Assembly (NCBI GenBank): GCA_000091205.1
Contig: AP006500.2
Direction: 5' to 3' (one strand)
DNA length: 64,000 bases
Source: Cyanidioschyzon merolae
Lineage: Eukaryota
Below are positions 11,798 to 23,229 of this stretch, in pieces (within the stretch, counting starts at the first letter, position 1; each line of letters starts with the position of its first letter). Position numbers and translations under genes: made by a program. The notes beneath the pieces are model-generated. The model made no database searches. It was not told the origin of the DNA and saw nothing but the letters and a program-made list of their open reading frames with translations.

Positions 11798-14700
11798 ATG
11801 GGTGTACCGCGTTTCTACAGATGGCTTTCAGAGCGCTACCCGCTGATTAACGGCCCCGTCTCACGGTCAAACGCGCCGCCAGTCGACAACTTCTACCTGG
11901 ACATGAACGGCATCCTGCATAACTGCGCTCGCTCTGCAGAGAACCCGCTCGGTGGACGCTCGGACGAGGACATCTACTGGGAGTCTTGCAACTACATTGA
12001 TATGCTGGTCACGCTCATTCAACCCAAGCGTCTTCTGTTTCTTGCAGTTGACGGTGTTGCTCCGCGGGCTAAGATGAACCAACAGCGCGCACGCCGCTAC
12101 CGGGCAGCAACCGCGCTAGAGAAAGTGGCTGAGACGAGCCACCAACGCGGCAACACGACCCAGCGGCTGCGTACAGAGTCAGAGGCCGGGCCTGATCGAG
12201 TGTTCGACTCCAACTGCATCACGCCGGGTACCACTTTTATGCACGGCTTGTCGCGGGCGCTCCTGTACTACGTAGCAGTTAAACTGGAGAGCGACCGCTC
12301 CTGGCAGGATCTTGAAGTGATCGTTAGTGGTGCTGAGGTCCCCGGTGAAGGTGAACATAAGATCATGGAATACATACGCCAACTCAAGGAGCAGAAGCGC
12401 ATGCCGCCGAACACGCGTCACTGCATCTATGGGCTCGACGCTGATCTCATCTTCCTGGGACTGGTGACCCATGAGCCTCATTTTTTCCTCCTCAGAGAGA
12501 AAATAGACTTTCAAGCTGCTTTTCGTAAGGTGCGGTTTGAGAAGGTCACGGCAACGAAAATGGATCGCGATATTCGTGGCGATTTCGAACTGCTGAGTTT
12601 GGGGATCCTGCGCGAGTACCTCAGTCTCGAGTTCGCGTATCTCGAAAAGAGACTACCGGCCGGCGTTTACAATCTGGAGCGCATCATCGATGACTTTGTG
12701 TTTGTGGCCTTTCTAGTGGGCAATGATTTTATGCCGCATTCGCCTACACTGGAGATTCGCGAAGGTGCACTGAACTCGATTCTTTTTCTTTATAAGGAAT
12801 TGTTGCCGCGCTTTGGAGGCTATCTGACGGAGGCAACCGGCAAGGCTAGGAACCCAAAGTTGATCAACTTTGATCGCGTTGAGATTCTGTTGTCGAAACT
12901 GGGCCTGCTTGAGTCGTACATTCTCGAGAAGCGGGCGACAGTTGGCACCCGCGGCACCGCCTTTATCTGGGGCACCGACAGTCCGAACGATCATACGGCG
13001 ATCTGGGGGTTTTCCAGTGAGCCGACTGCAGCAGCGACGGCATCGAAGAAGCAGCGAAGCCCGTCATGTACCACAGATCCTACGCGAGCAAGTCTTGCCC
13101 ATGCAAACAACCCGGATCCGGATTCGGAAGCACCTAGCAGTTCGCCAGCAGACGCTGCAGCATCCGTTGCACCCGAGCGCTCCCCGGGTAACGGCGATGC
13201 AGCAGAGCTGGAGCCCGAGATACCTCTCTGGGATGAGGAGGCACTGGCGGTTGCGCTGGAGGACGCAGCTGACGCTCAGAAGCTGCAACGCATGCTTTCG
13301 TACAAGCGCCGCTATTATCACGAAAAGCTTGGTATCGATTACGATCACGACGCCGCTGCTGTACGCCGCATTTGCCGTTCGTACCTGGAGGCGATTGTCT
13401 GGACCCTGGAATACTACTTGAACGGTGTGGCGTCGTGGCGATGGTTCTATCCCTATCATTATGCACCATTCTGCAGCGACATGGTTGGTCTACAAGCGCT
13501 TGCTCAAGAAATTCGTTTGGAGCAAGGGACACCGTTTCTTCCTCTGCAACAATTGTTGGCAGTCCTGCCGCCGCGGAGTGCTTGGTGCTTGCCCCCCGCC
13601 TACGCGAAGCTCATGACCGACACTTCGTCACCGCTGGCGGATCTGTACCCGTCGCAGGTGGCCATTGACATGCAGGGCAAGCGAAACGAATGGGAAGGGA
13701 TCGTACTGCTTCCATTTATGGACGAAAATCGACTGTTCGCGGCATTGGCCAGTGTACCGCCTGACGCGCTAACGCCTACGGAACAGGAACGGAACCATCT
13801 GGGATCCTGTATTCTTCTTCGATATCGGCCGCAGGAAGGCACCAGTAACGAGCACATGGACGCTGTGCTGTCTGCCGCATCAGGTATAGGGAGTTCCCCG
13901 TTCCCGAGTCGCATGGCCCGTTCTCTGAGCGCCTGCGTCCAAATGGAGTCGCTTTCTCTGCAACACGAGCGAGGATTCGTTCCGCGGTTACCGCCGGGCA
14001 CCAGGCCAGCAGCAGACAAGGCAGTTGGTCATCCGTCGTTACTGCGGCGCGACGTTACGCATTGTTTCGAGAATGTTGCGATTGACGTGTTCGGCGTACC
14101 GAGCAGACTGGAAAGCTGCATCATATGCATGGAGACCCCGCAGGCGTGGCATGAGGCACACGCTGCGCAAGCCTGTGCGAACGCTTTCTTATCCGGGGTA
14201 GCTGATGCTGGTGCTGCTGTTAGTAGTCTTGACCAGAGCCGAACCGGCCTCATGGTACCGGTGCATATGGGTTTCCCCTGGCAGAGTCCAGCACTGCTGG
14301 AAGCGGTGGAAAGCGCCACCGAACGAGTGACCTGGGACGCCAACAAAGCGCTGATCATCGAGAGAAATGACCCGCAGCGTTTCCGTCAGACGGATACAAC
14401 TTTATTGGCCGAACTACTGCAGCGACGAGGTATCTGCCTGGATAAGAATAGCCTGCACGGTCGAGTTCGACGCATTGTTGAGATCGCTGCGGGTGGCGGT
14501 GTCACCGATGCCGCTACCGCGGAGTCATTCCCGCTGGAGCTGATCGAAGCTATCGATTCGAAGGAAGGAAACGAAGCGAGTTCGTCAACGGAGCTCAAGC
14601 CCGGAGACACTGTCATATACGTCGGCAGGCGACATGGAGAGAATGCTCGCTACTTTGGTTGCCGGGCTCAGGTTGTCGCGATACGCGCTGCAAAACTCGC

Positions 14701-16381
14701 TCGCAAGCGCAAACAGGCCTCAGACGACCAAGTGGATACGCAGGTGGTGATTCGCGTGTTGGAGCCTCCTTTAGTGCCGATTCCGGCCCTGAAAGAAATC
14801 GTGGCTCGGAACGATGCCGTACAGTACGCACCGTTGCCTGTCGCATTGCGACGTGCTGGATTGGAAGGCGTCATTTCTCTGCGTTTTGCCGGCATGCTCA
14901 CGGGCAAGGTGCGCTGTCGGATTCCCAAACACGAACGATTCGGTGATTTGCTCGAAGTCAATCTGGGACTAGGTCTCCGTTTCAAGCGGGAAAAGCTTGT
15001 TGTGCCCGGCTATGTCGTGTATCGCCCAGTGCAGGAGAGGCCCGCGGGCGGTACCACCGCCGGAAACGCCCCACAGGCCAGCGAGGGCACCTTTCTCTTT
15101 GCACCCGAGCCGACTGCGCGACTCTTGCGTTCGTACCACGAAACGTTCCCGGGACTGTTGGAAAGAATGGACGAGATTGTTACAAAGCGAGGTGACGGCG
15201 ACCTGGTGCTGAAGGCAGTGGAGCTCTTTGGTACAGCCCAATGGCCCGATATGGTTGCTCGCATCCAGACCTTCCTGCGGTCGCTGGAGAGCGCGCGTTT
15301 GCCCCTAGTGCGCGTGACGTCGCGAGTGCTCACTCAGGACATTGTCACCGATATTCAGACGCAGATCCAGCGTATTGCCTGCGAACGCTCTGCATCGTTT
15401 CCCGCCGAAACCCCACCGGTGGAAGCCGCAACGCCACCCACTGCTCCAACGCTCGTGTGTCTGCGTTCGGAGGTGTTGCCGGGTTTTCCGGCAGTGGCGA
15501 CGTCCACGTCCGGCTTGGTGACACCCTTTTCAGCTTACGAGCTCGGCGATCGCGTTCTGTATGTAGGACGTAGTGGTGCTGTTCCGTTTGGCGCTCGAGG
15601 TGTCGTTGTTGGTATTCATCCACCAAGCAGAGAAGTGGATGTTGTTTTCGATCAGGATTTTATAGGCGGAAGCGATCTGCAGGGAAGATGTAGAGGATGT
15701 GCGGGTAAGACACTCGATGCGGAGACTACGCTGCTGAACCTCTCGCGCCTACCAAGCGAGCATCGCTCAAGTCAACCTACAAAGAGCGCACACCCGGTGC
15801 CCGTAGCGCGACAGCGTGATGCTCCGTTGCGGAAGATGCCACGAGCGCCTCCTTCGGAGCGCACACACTCAGAGAAGCGCCACGAACGCGTCCAAGTTCG
15901 TGGTAATGCTGGAGTGCGCACTGCCGACTTGTTACCGGGTACGTCACGTGCTACGGTCGATGCGCATCACCGGCAGTCACTGAATACATCGACGGGTAGC
16001 TCGAAAGATACAACTCGGCGTCGTGCTGGTCGACGCGAGCCCCACGAAGTGCGATCGTCGCACCAGGGTGACGGTAAGCGAGCCGCTGACGCCGGACGCT
16101 TCCGAACGCGACCGCAAGGATCTCCTCCAAGTAGGCAGGACGCACACCGCGCAACACCCGCAGGGCATACACACATGTCAGGTGCCGGTGCCAGTACCGC
16201 AACGCTCTCTATTCCGGTGTCGGCTGACAGCCAAGTGCATGGAGCTGTCGTCGGTCAGAGCGCTTCGTCGCCACATCGTGCACAAGTGGCTGAGGAGATG
16301 TCCCTGTACCTGAAGCAGCTCTTGCGGATCGATGGACAGGGCGTGGTGCCACCACCGCCACCCTCAGCTAGGCACACCTAA
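11798..16381 (+). CDS. XRN: 5'-3' exoribonuclease of the XRN family.
   Basis: The N-terminus MGVPRFYRWLSERYPLI...FYLDMNGILHNC is the XRN signature. 1527 aa, with a long low-complexity Ser/Arg/Pro-rich C-terminal tail ending in PPPPPS. Confidence 0.9.
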   Translation: MGVPRFYRWLSERYPLINGPVSRSNAPPVDNFYLDMNGILHNCARSAENPLGGRSDEDIYWESCNYIDMLVTLIQPKRLLFLAVDGVAPRAKMNQQRARRYRAATALEKVAETSHQRGNTTQRLRTESEAGPDRVFDSNCITPGTTFMHGLSRALLYYVAVKLESDRSWQDLEVIVSGAEVPGEGEHKIMEYIRQLKEQKRMPPNTRHCIYGLDADLIFLGLVTHEPHFFLLREKIDFQAAFRKVRFEKVTATKMDRDIRGDFELLSLGILREYLSLEFAYLEKRLPAGVYNLERIIDDFVFVAFLVGNDFMPHSPTLEIREGALNSILFLYKELLPRFGGYLTEATGKARNPKLINFDRVEILLSKLGLLESYILEKRATVGTRGTAFIWGTDSPNDHTAIWGFSSEPTAAATASKKQRSPSCTTDPTRASLAHANNPDPDSEAPSSSPADAAASVAPERSPGNGDAAELEPEIPLWDEEALAVALEDAADAQKLQRMLSYKRRYYHEKLGIDYDHDAAAVRRICRSYLEAIVWTLEYYLNGVASWRWFYPYHYAPFCSDMVGLQALAQEIRLEQGTPFLPLQQLLAVLPPRSAWCLPPAYAKLMTDTSSPLADLYPSQVAIDMQGKRNEWEGIVLLPFMDENRLFAALASVPPDALTPTEQERNHLGSCILLRYRPQEGTSNEHMDAVLSAASGIGSSPFPSRMARSLSACVQMESLSLQHERGFVPRLPPGTRPAADKAVGHPSLLRRDVTHCFENVAIDVFGVPSRLESCIICMETPQAWHEAHAAQACANAFLSGVADAGAAVSSLDQSRTGLMVPVHMGFPWQSPALLEAVESATERVTWDANKALIIERNDPQRFRQTDTTLLAELLQRRGICLDKNSLHGRVRRIVEIAAGGGVTDAATAESFPLELIEAIDSKEGNEASSSTELKPGDTVIYVGRRHGENARYFGCRAQVVAIRAAKLARKRKQASDDQVDTQVVIRVLEPPLVPIPALKEIVARNDAVQYAPLPVALRRAGLEGVISLRFAGMLTGKVRCRIPKHERFGDLLEVNLGLGLRFKREKLVVPGYVVYRPVQERPAGGTTAGNAPQASEGTFLFAPEPTARLLRSYHETFPGLLERMDEIVTKRGDGDLVLKAVELFGTAQWPDMVARIQTFLRSLESARLPLVRVTSRVLTQDIVTDIQTQIQRIACERSASFPAETPPVEAATPPTAPTLVCLRSEVLPGFPAVATSTSGLVTPFSAYELGDRVLYVGRSGAVPFGARGVVVGIHPPSREVDVVFDQDFIGGSDLQGRCRGCAGKTLDAETTLLNLSRLPSEHRSSQPTKSAHPVPVARQRDAPLRKMPRAPPSERTHSEKRHERVQVRGNAGVRTADLLPGTSRATVDAHHRQSLNTSTGSSKDTTRRRAGRREPHEVRSSHQGDGKRAADAGRFRTRPQGSPPSRQDAHRATPAGHTHMSGAGASTATLSIPVSADSQVHGAVVGQSASSPHRAQVAEEMSLYLKQLLRIDGQGVVPPPPPSARHT

Positions 16382-18429
16382 AATCCTGTTTAGACGTCCG
16401 CACACTTCTGCCCTGTTGTGGTTGCGTGCTCGCAATGGATGTTGCAACTCGCCGACCGACAACAAGTCCAGTGCGAACTTTCCGAGATTTCGTGCATCTC
16501 GGTACCCAGGGACGAACGTGATCGCTCGTCGCGGGGTTCTTGGGATCACCAGCTGCGCGGCCGTTATGCTCTGGAGCTTCCGAGTGGGCGGCAGGAGTCA
16601 CCGTTGGCGGTAGTACCGAGCTAGAAAACGGAAACTCGAGTCTAAAAGTATTCACCGAGACTTTGCGTCGTTTTGCTGGTGAGTCCGCCTGAGGGGCATC
16701 CGAATACTCGCGACCTGTAATCACGAAAACAGAAAACAACTTGTCCTCCGGGTTGTCGGTTCCGAGGCGATGTGCTCGCAGAACATGCACGCTTGTTGTT
16801 GCCCGTTGTCACTGGTCGACGGAGAGTTACGTCTTGTATGACGCATGCTTCAGGTTTTCGGTCGCTGTCCTCGTGGGCAACTCGTGGACGCATCCATTGG
16901 TGCCGCTGGATTGATGATGAATGAAAAAAAGAAAATCGACCTTGTCCCTTGGCGACTCAATCACGTACTCATGCCGCTACTCCTCTGAATTTCTCTCACG
17001 AAAACTAATCATTGATCCTGATCGAAATATAAATCCTAATTTCTGTGTTGCCATCCACGGAAAAGCATTCAACAGCAGCATGATACCTCTCAGAGGAGAT
17101 AGATGCCCAGAGGCTCGCCCTCTCTTCTGGTTTCCATGGAAAAACGAAAACGTTCTTGGACTCGGACTTGAGTCATCGCAACGACCACGAACAGTGGAGC
17201 GTGCGTCAATCGTATGTACCAAGGGATCGTGGACGTAAAAAGACAAGTTTCTCGACTGCATCTTCGGTCTGGATTCTCGTTCCGAACCCTGTTTCATGAT
17301 GAGCAACATCGCCGTCAAAAAGTTATTCGTCGCATGGAACCGCCTATGCTTGCCTTTGCAGCAGTCGAGCCCGTTGAATATGAGCGTGTCTGGAACAAGC
17401 CCGTGATCCTCAGATACGACATCGGGCGCCCACAACGAAGCACGGCATCGAGGAGAAACTTCAACGCCGCTCAACAGCATCGATCGGGTGACTGAAGCAA
17501 GCGTTCACGAGCCACAGGACGTCTCGTGAATGACGAGATATATGGTGGATTTATCGCAACTCCAGCCTACCGTGATATGTTATTTGTGCAAAAGACGGAC
17601 GCCCCGTGGCTGTGCGTCAAGATCATGCAAATGGCAAATGAAGCGTCGATCGCAACGTTCGTCTCTTTTTTAGAAAATGTATGGACAACATGCGGAAGCA
17701 GCGAAATCGTGACTTGGACGTATCCGTCGGTACCCTTCGACTGCTGGCAGGGATCTGCGGTGACACCAGACACCTGTGCCTTGAAAGCCCGAAATAACAG
17801 AGGGCACAAAGACGGATTCGCAGAAAAGAATGCCCGCAATGGTCTATGTTGACGTCCTGGACACCGAACGCAAACTATGATGCGCATACACCCGAGTCCG
17901 CTGCATGCACCTGTTCGACTCCATGCCGCCATGATGTTGACGAGGATGGGTCTTACACGGCAGACGCCCTCGGGTTCACCAGTCAATATACACACTGATC
18001 GTCATCGTTGCAGCAGAAGCGGCACTGAATCATCAGTGATGCTCGCCGTGCCTGACCCGTGCGTAGCGCGTGTTGCTTCCAGGCCTGAGTATTGAAACGG
18101 GAGCGCGGTCGAAGGAGAGGTATCGACAAGATGCAGAGTCAGCTCGAGTCTGTTGTATTGGGACTCGCGTGCAAATCGGTTCACCAGCGTTCGATGCGCT
18201 GCGTGACGACGACAGAATCGTTGATGTCGTCGCGAGGTTACGTTCAACCATGCACACACACACAAGGACGCACAGTGTGAAAACCCAGACGCAATAGACA
18301 TGGGAACTGATCGCGCACTCGTGTCTGACGCCCGAGTGCTTTTCGTATGCGCGGAGCGGGTGCGCTGGGTGCACCGTTCACCAAACGTTGCCGTCCTCGG
18401 ACACGGGACGAACACCACTAGCCTTGCTG

Positions 18430-21400
18430 TTAGGTAGTTGCCGGTGCGTGTCGACGCTCCGTAAAACTCAGTGCATCGTCCGCTGCAATGAAGTCCTCTA
18501 GATCTGCATATGGTTCATCAGCACCCTCTTGTCGGAGCACTTGATCAATGTACGCGTTGCGACTGCGCAGATAACATACGCGACGGGTCGACGCTCTGGC
18601 TTTGGTGCATGCTACAGGTGCCTGCTCCCAGTCGGTAAAGATGATCTTCAGCTCGCCGGTAACTAGCCCAGGAGCTGGCGGTGGTGTCGATTTTTGCGTC
18701 GGTGCGTGGTTTGCGAGCCAGCCACAAACCGCGTCCTGGAGCGCCTTGGGCACGTCTTGAAGTTTCTGCTGCAACCTCGCGAGACTGGCGTCTAGCTGGC
18801 GACACTCGGATTCAAATTTCTCCAAGCAGTAGACGAAGCGGGCACAGGCCTGGTTCACGGATCGCGCCGAGGCGCAACGGGCCGGCAGTGCCTCGCGTAT
18901 GGCGTCAGGGCGTATCAGGCGGGCAACTCGTTGTGCAGATGCTCGGGTTCGCTGGAGGAACTCCAGAGCCGACGCCCACTGCACAAGTGGGGGCGCTTGG
19001 TCAGCGTCCGTGAACGACTCCATTTCGGGGGTCTCGTCTCCGCGAGGCCGCTTGCCGCGCTGCTTCACGATACGATCGAGTTGTCTGCGGATCATTTCGC
19101 TCACGCCCTGGAGATAGTGAAGCGCCTGTTGCGAAACAGATGCAAGGCGCATGAAAAGCGCCAGCGGTACCGCTACCGTGCCTGGCGCGAAAAACGACTC
19201 CAAAAGCGTTACAAGTTGTTGCACAGACCGCAGCTCCTGGTCGTTAATCGTGGATGCGCGAGCAACTTGCGTTTTGACGCGAACGCGAGGTAAATGATCG
19301 GCACCAAACTCAACCACAGCCCAGAGTGCAGCCATTCTGGTTTCCTTTGACGCCTGAGCCAGCAGTCGCAGCAATGCGGGCGTGTCTTCGTTGGGCGCTT
19401 CACTTGACGGATCGGCCGACGAACGACACTGCAGGATCAGGTTGGTGCACAGATGGAGCGCGCGCTTCGAGCCTAGCACCAGCAGCAACGGTCGCAAAAG
19501 CAGCCGATGAACGCTAACCTGTGGAATATCGAAATCGAATAAAATACCAAGGAGCTCGTTCTCGATGTACTGGAGCGCCTGCGACTGCGAGTTGTCTTCG
19601 ACACCGCTGCTCGCGGATGCCTGGGACCATTCTCGCGACTGACAAATCAGATGGGCGATCAAGTCCGCATAGATGGAAACGAGTTTCACCGTGAGACCGC
19701 GATGAAAGTCTGCCCGGAGGCGACGCGTCAGGTAGGCGGCAAGCCATTCCAGGCCTGGCGCCTGCGTCAACTTGGTGCTGTCCTGGATCGCGTACAGTTC
19801 GGAGAAGTTGTTCGTGAGCATCAGCCGCAATTGACTTTGTACCTGCGGTACCGCCAGGAACGCGGCGACCTGATGGACAGGCCATTTGGGCAAAATCGCA
19901 GCGATAAAGTCCAAGGCGTGCGTTTTGAGCCAGAGCTCTGCAGACGCCGGACGACACTGAAGTTCAATCGAATCGCGAACTACTGAGGAGCACGCGAGAT
20001 CGAGCGACAGGAACGCGCACTGCAGGGAGGTTTTTCCTGCTGGCACTTCATCGGACGCATTGGCGGGAGCGATAACGAGCCTGCGCAATGCCTCCACGAT
20101 TCCCTGGTATAACCAGCTAGGCCAGACACGATTGTTCACAAAGTAGTCACCTGTACCGCGAAGATCCCAGAAGTATGTTTCAATGTCCAGATGACGCCGA
20201 AGGATTCGAAAGAGCGATGCAGCGCCGTGCGCAGACCTGCATACCTGAAGCAACTGAATCGCTCGAGCTGCGCTCAGCGCCGGCACAATACGTACCCAAG
20301 CGAGCATATCATGCATAAAACCTCCAGCTTCACCGTCTTGTCGGGAAGAGGCATAGGCTAGGTCAGAGGCTGCCTCGGCTGCACTCACCGTGGCCGGTGT
20401 CCACAGCACGATCCGACGGGGATCTTGAAGAACCTCTCGAGCGACCGAACGAGCACCAGTGACGTAATCCTCTCCCGCGGTTGGTTCATGATCGGTTTCT
20501 GGAACGACATGCTGCTGACGTTGACGCGTGACAGCGTTCGCGAGAATGGGCAATATGGCCTCACACAAGTGCATCAGCTGACCATAAGTCTCGAGCAGAG
20601 TCTGCTGTTCTGTCTGCGATGAGCGGCCGACGTCCAGCAAGGTTTCGTAGCATGTGGCGAGCATTTTCAAGCGACTATCCGCGACTTGAATTCGTGTCAG
20701 TGGAGCGAGCCATTGCTCGGTAGATGCCTTCCGTTCCAAGAGGAGGTCGAGAGCCAGCATCCGCAAAACTGTCGGCGCATTTGATAGATCACTGACGAGG
20801 GTGCTCAGAAAGGAACGCAGGAAATTTGTGGAAACGTCGGCCTGGAATGAAGTCGCGGCCTGTTGCGATGTCATGGCGGGTGTACATGCCGCATCACCGG
20901 CTTCCGAAGCATATCCGGTCAATGGCACTGCATGGATGCAACGCAGGAGTTCAGGCAGCGCCTCCGTTGCGACACCAGCTGCGTGGAAGCATCGATGAAG
21001 ATCCAGATGCGGTGTCGAGACCAAAGTTGATCCCCGGGGCGTTTCCGTGGACACTGCCTCGATGCATCGGGCAAGAGATTCCCTCCAGACACTGATGGTA
21101 GCGTGGCGAAGCACCCGACCTCGCAGGGCGCTGCCAATGGCTAACAATATTTCAGCTCGCAGCGGCTCCGGCGCCATATTCAACGTCCTCAGGAGGAGCT
21201 GGCTGGTCTCGATTTCCGCAGACTCTGTCAGATACGGAGACACAAGAAAACAGGCGAGTCCATGCGCAGCGATGCGTCGTGCACGAATGGCCCGCGAACA
21301 AGCCAGCTTACGGAGAAAGATGAGCAATCCGTCACCCATAGGCTGCCAGAGCGCTCCCAGCGGTGCCAATGCCGCTAGAATGCGCTTTGCGAGAGATATC

Positions 21401-23019
21401 GGAAACTCGATCATGAGCTCACGTAACCAGACGAGAACGCTTTCGCTCAGATCTCGAAGATGCACGCGGTATGCGGGTGAGCTCGCGATGCGTTCGATTA
21501 CAGTACAGTATGCTGCTCTGGTGGCGAGCAGATGCTGCGATTCTGCGATGGCCGACAGACATGCTGAAAGAATCTCCTTCCGTGCACTGCTGTGGTGTCC
21601 AAAGAGCTCCGTGAGCACGTGGACCGCGCACCGCTGCAGGAAGAATGACCGCGACGAGATTTGCTCGTGCGTACGACGGCGTCCACGTCGACGAATGGCC
21701 AAAGGTCGATCCGGGCGTCCCGTCTGGGGGCAGCTGTTGCCGCTCCTCAGGCGCTCGGAAAAGTTGCGAATCTTCTGAGCTGGGGTCAGTTGCATCCACT
21801 GGAACGCGAGCTCTGCGATCACTGGCGCAGCGTGCTCGAGCCCCGGAAGCCTGATGATCCGAGAGAGAATCGCCTCCGCCGAGCACGCGGATGTGCTCGG
21901 TGGAGCATTTTCGGGAGCTTCCGCGATCGCAGTTTCCTCTTCATGTCTCCAGAGCAGTGCAGCTGCCTGCTCCCGGGCGAGATCTGCGATGGCTTCGATT
22001 TCTGCCAAATGGAAACAGAGATGAAGATCAATGCTCAAGCGAGCCGCTCGTGATAACGTTCCCGGTATCAGGGCATTCACCTCCGTGGCAATCGAAGCGA
22101 GCAGCGCCTCGCCGAGCGCAGGCTCAGCATGAGCCTCCATCTCGACAATACAGAGGATATCTGGGAGCGCTTGCTCTGGTGCCGCTGCCAGAACGAAACG
22201 AAGGACGCAAGACCAGTCCCGTGCCGTCTCCAGATCGTAGCCAGCTGATTGCCACCACCAGTCAATGCGGAGCACTTGCTGCAGAATGCGTACCAACAGC
22301 TGCGAGAGTGCTGTCAGCGTAGCGCCGTCACATGACCACACGGCGTCCTGCATGAGCTTGCTCTGGACTTGTCGCTCGGTCGTAGTGACCTGCTCCCGAA
22401 TCGAAGTTGGATCGTTGCAGAGAAGCCATCGCTCCCGTAGCTCCATGTATATCTGCAGCATCGGCAGGGCGGTGTCACCGATCCACGGGAAACACAACAA
22501 GTAGCGTGGTGAGTCACTCAGGATTCGGTTTATCCACTCTGCGCTCGCCAAGCACATGGTGCGCAGGCAGCAGGCGTACAGGCATATTCTCAGACGGTGT
22601 GCCTCAGAGTTCAGCTTGGAGGTGAGCTTTGGGTGACAACGCTCACTGCCGTCTGGAAGCTTCAGTTGTGAACTAGAAGCGGGAGCTTGGCATGCAGGGT
22701 CGTCAGCGAGACTGCTTGCGACAAACCCCCGCAGCCGCTGCAACAGCGGCAAACACTCGTGACTCTGAAGTAGACCTTCCTTGACCCACCGCGCCAAACG
22801 CTGCAGAAGCAACTCCGCTGCTTCAAAAAGAGATTGCAGCGTAACGCCTCCTTCACTCGCAGCAACGTTCCCACGCAGGCCCGCAGACGCAACCTGGGCG
22901 CAGTTACAGAGCGTCTGCGCTGCTTCTACAAGCACCTGCCTGTACTTTTCGGGACAGAAGCCTTCTGGTCCCTGTTGCATCAATTCCTGGATATTGTCCA
23001 GAGTTGTCGATGACGGCAT
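18430..23019 (-). CDS. Large (1529 aa) alpha-helical protein of unknown identity, possibly HEAT/ARM-like.
   Basis: Uninterrupted 4.6-kb ORF with coding-like codon bias. Composition is Leu/Ala-rich and helical. I recognise no diagnostic motif. Confidence 0.6.
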   Translation of the reverse strand: MPSSTTLDNIQELMQQGPEGFCPEKYRQVLVEAAQTLCNCAQVASAGLRGNVAASEGGVTLQSLFEAAELLLQRLARWVKEGLLQSHECLPLLQRLRGFVASSLADDPACQAPASSSQLKLPDGSERCHPKLTSKLNSEAHRLRICLYACCLRTMCLASAEWINRILSDSPRYLLCFPWIGDTALPMLQIYMELRERWLLCNDPTSIREQVTTTERQVQSKLMQDAVWSCDGATLTALSQLLVRILQQVLRIDWWWQSAGYDLETARDWSCVLRFVLAAAPEQALPDILCIVEMEAHAEPALGEALLASIATEVNALIPGTLSRAARLSIDLHLCFHLAEIEAIADLAREQAAALLWRHEEETAIAEAPENAPPSTSACSAEAILSRIIRLPGLEHAAPVIAELAFQWMQLTPAQKIRNFSERLRSGNSCPQTGRPDRPLAIRRRGRRRTHEQISSRSFFLQRCAVHVLTELFGHHSSARKEILSACLSAIAESQHLLATRAAYCTVIERIASSPAYRVHLRDLSESVLVWLRELMIEFPISLAKRILAALAPLGALWQPMGDGLLIFLRKLACSRAIRARRIAAHGLACFLVSPYLTESAEIETSQLLLRTLNMAPEPLRAEILLAIGSALRGRVLRHATISVWRESLARCIEAVSTETPRGSTLVSTPHLDLHRCFHAAGVATEALPELLRCIHAVPLTGYASEAGDAACTPAMTSQQAATSFQADVSTNFLRSFLSTLVSDLSNAPTVLRMLALDLLLERKASTEQWLAPLTRIQVADSRLKMLATCYETLLDVGRSSQTEQQTLLETYGQLMHLCEAILPILANAVTRQRQQHVVPETDHEPTAGEDYVTGARSVAREVLQDPRRIVLWTPATVSAAEAASDLAYASSRQDGEAGGFMHDMLAWVRIVPALSAARAIQLLQVCRSAHGAASLFRILRRHLDIETYFWDLRGTGDYFVNNRVWPSWLYQGIVEALRRLVIAPANASDEVPAGKTSLQCAFLSLDLACSSVVRDSIELQCRPASAELWLKTHALDFIAAILPKWPVHQVAAFLAVPQVQSQLRLMLTNNFSELYAIQDSTKLTQAPGLEWLAAYLTRRLRADFHRGLTVKLVSIYADLIAHLICQSREWSQASASSGVEDNSQSQALQYIENELLGILFDFDIPQVSVHRLLLRPLLLVLGSKRALHLCTNLILQCRSSADPSSEAPNEDTPALLRLLAQASKETRMAALWAVVEFGADHLPRVRVKTQVARASTINDQELRSVQQLVTLLESFFAPGTVAVPLALFMRLASVSQQALHYLQGVSEMIRRQLDRIVKQRGKRPRGDETPEMESFTDADQAPPLVQWASALEFLQRTRASAQRVARLIRPDAIREALPARCASARSVNQACARFVYCLEKFESECRQLDASLARLQQKLQDVPKALQDAVCGWLANHAPTQKSTPPPAPGLVTGELKIIFTDWEQAPVACTKARASTRRVCYLRSRNAYIDQVLRQEGADEPYADLEDFIAADDALSFTERRHAPATT

Positions 23020-23229
23020 TAATCAATAGGAGACTCTTTGACGCCTTGCGTCTGAAGCGCTATGCGTGCTTTGCGTGCAGGGCGTCACGAAGCATGCATC
23101 TGCATGCGATGCGTTTCGCGCGTTGCTGGCGCGTTTGCGCTTGCCGCGAAAACGATCGATTGCTGCGGAGGCGCGCGTTCTGGAGTCTCCTGGGTTGATT
23201 ATCCTAGCGTTTTAACTTACATGTATTCC

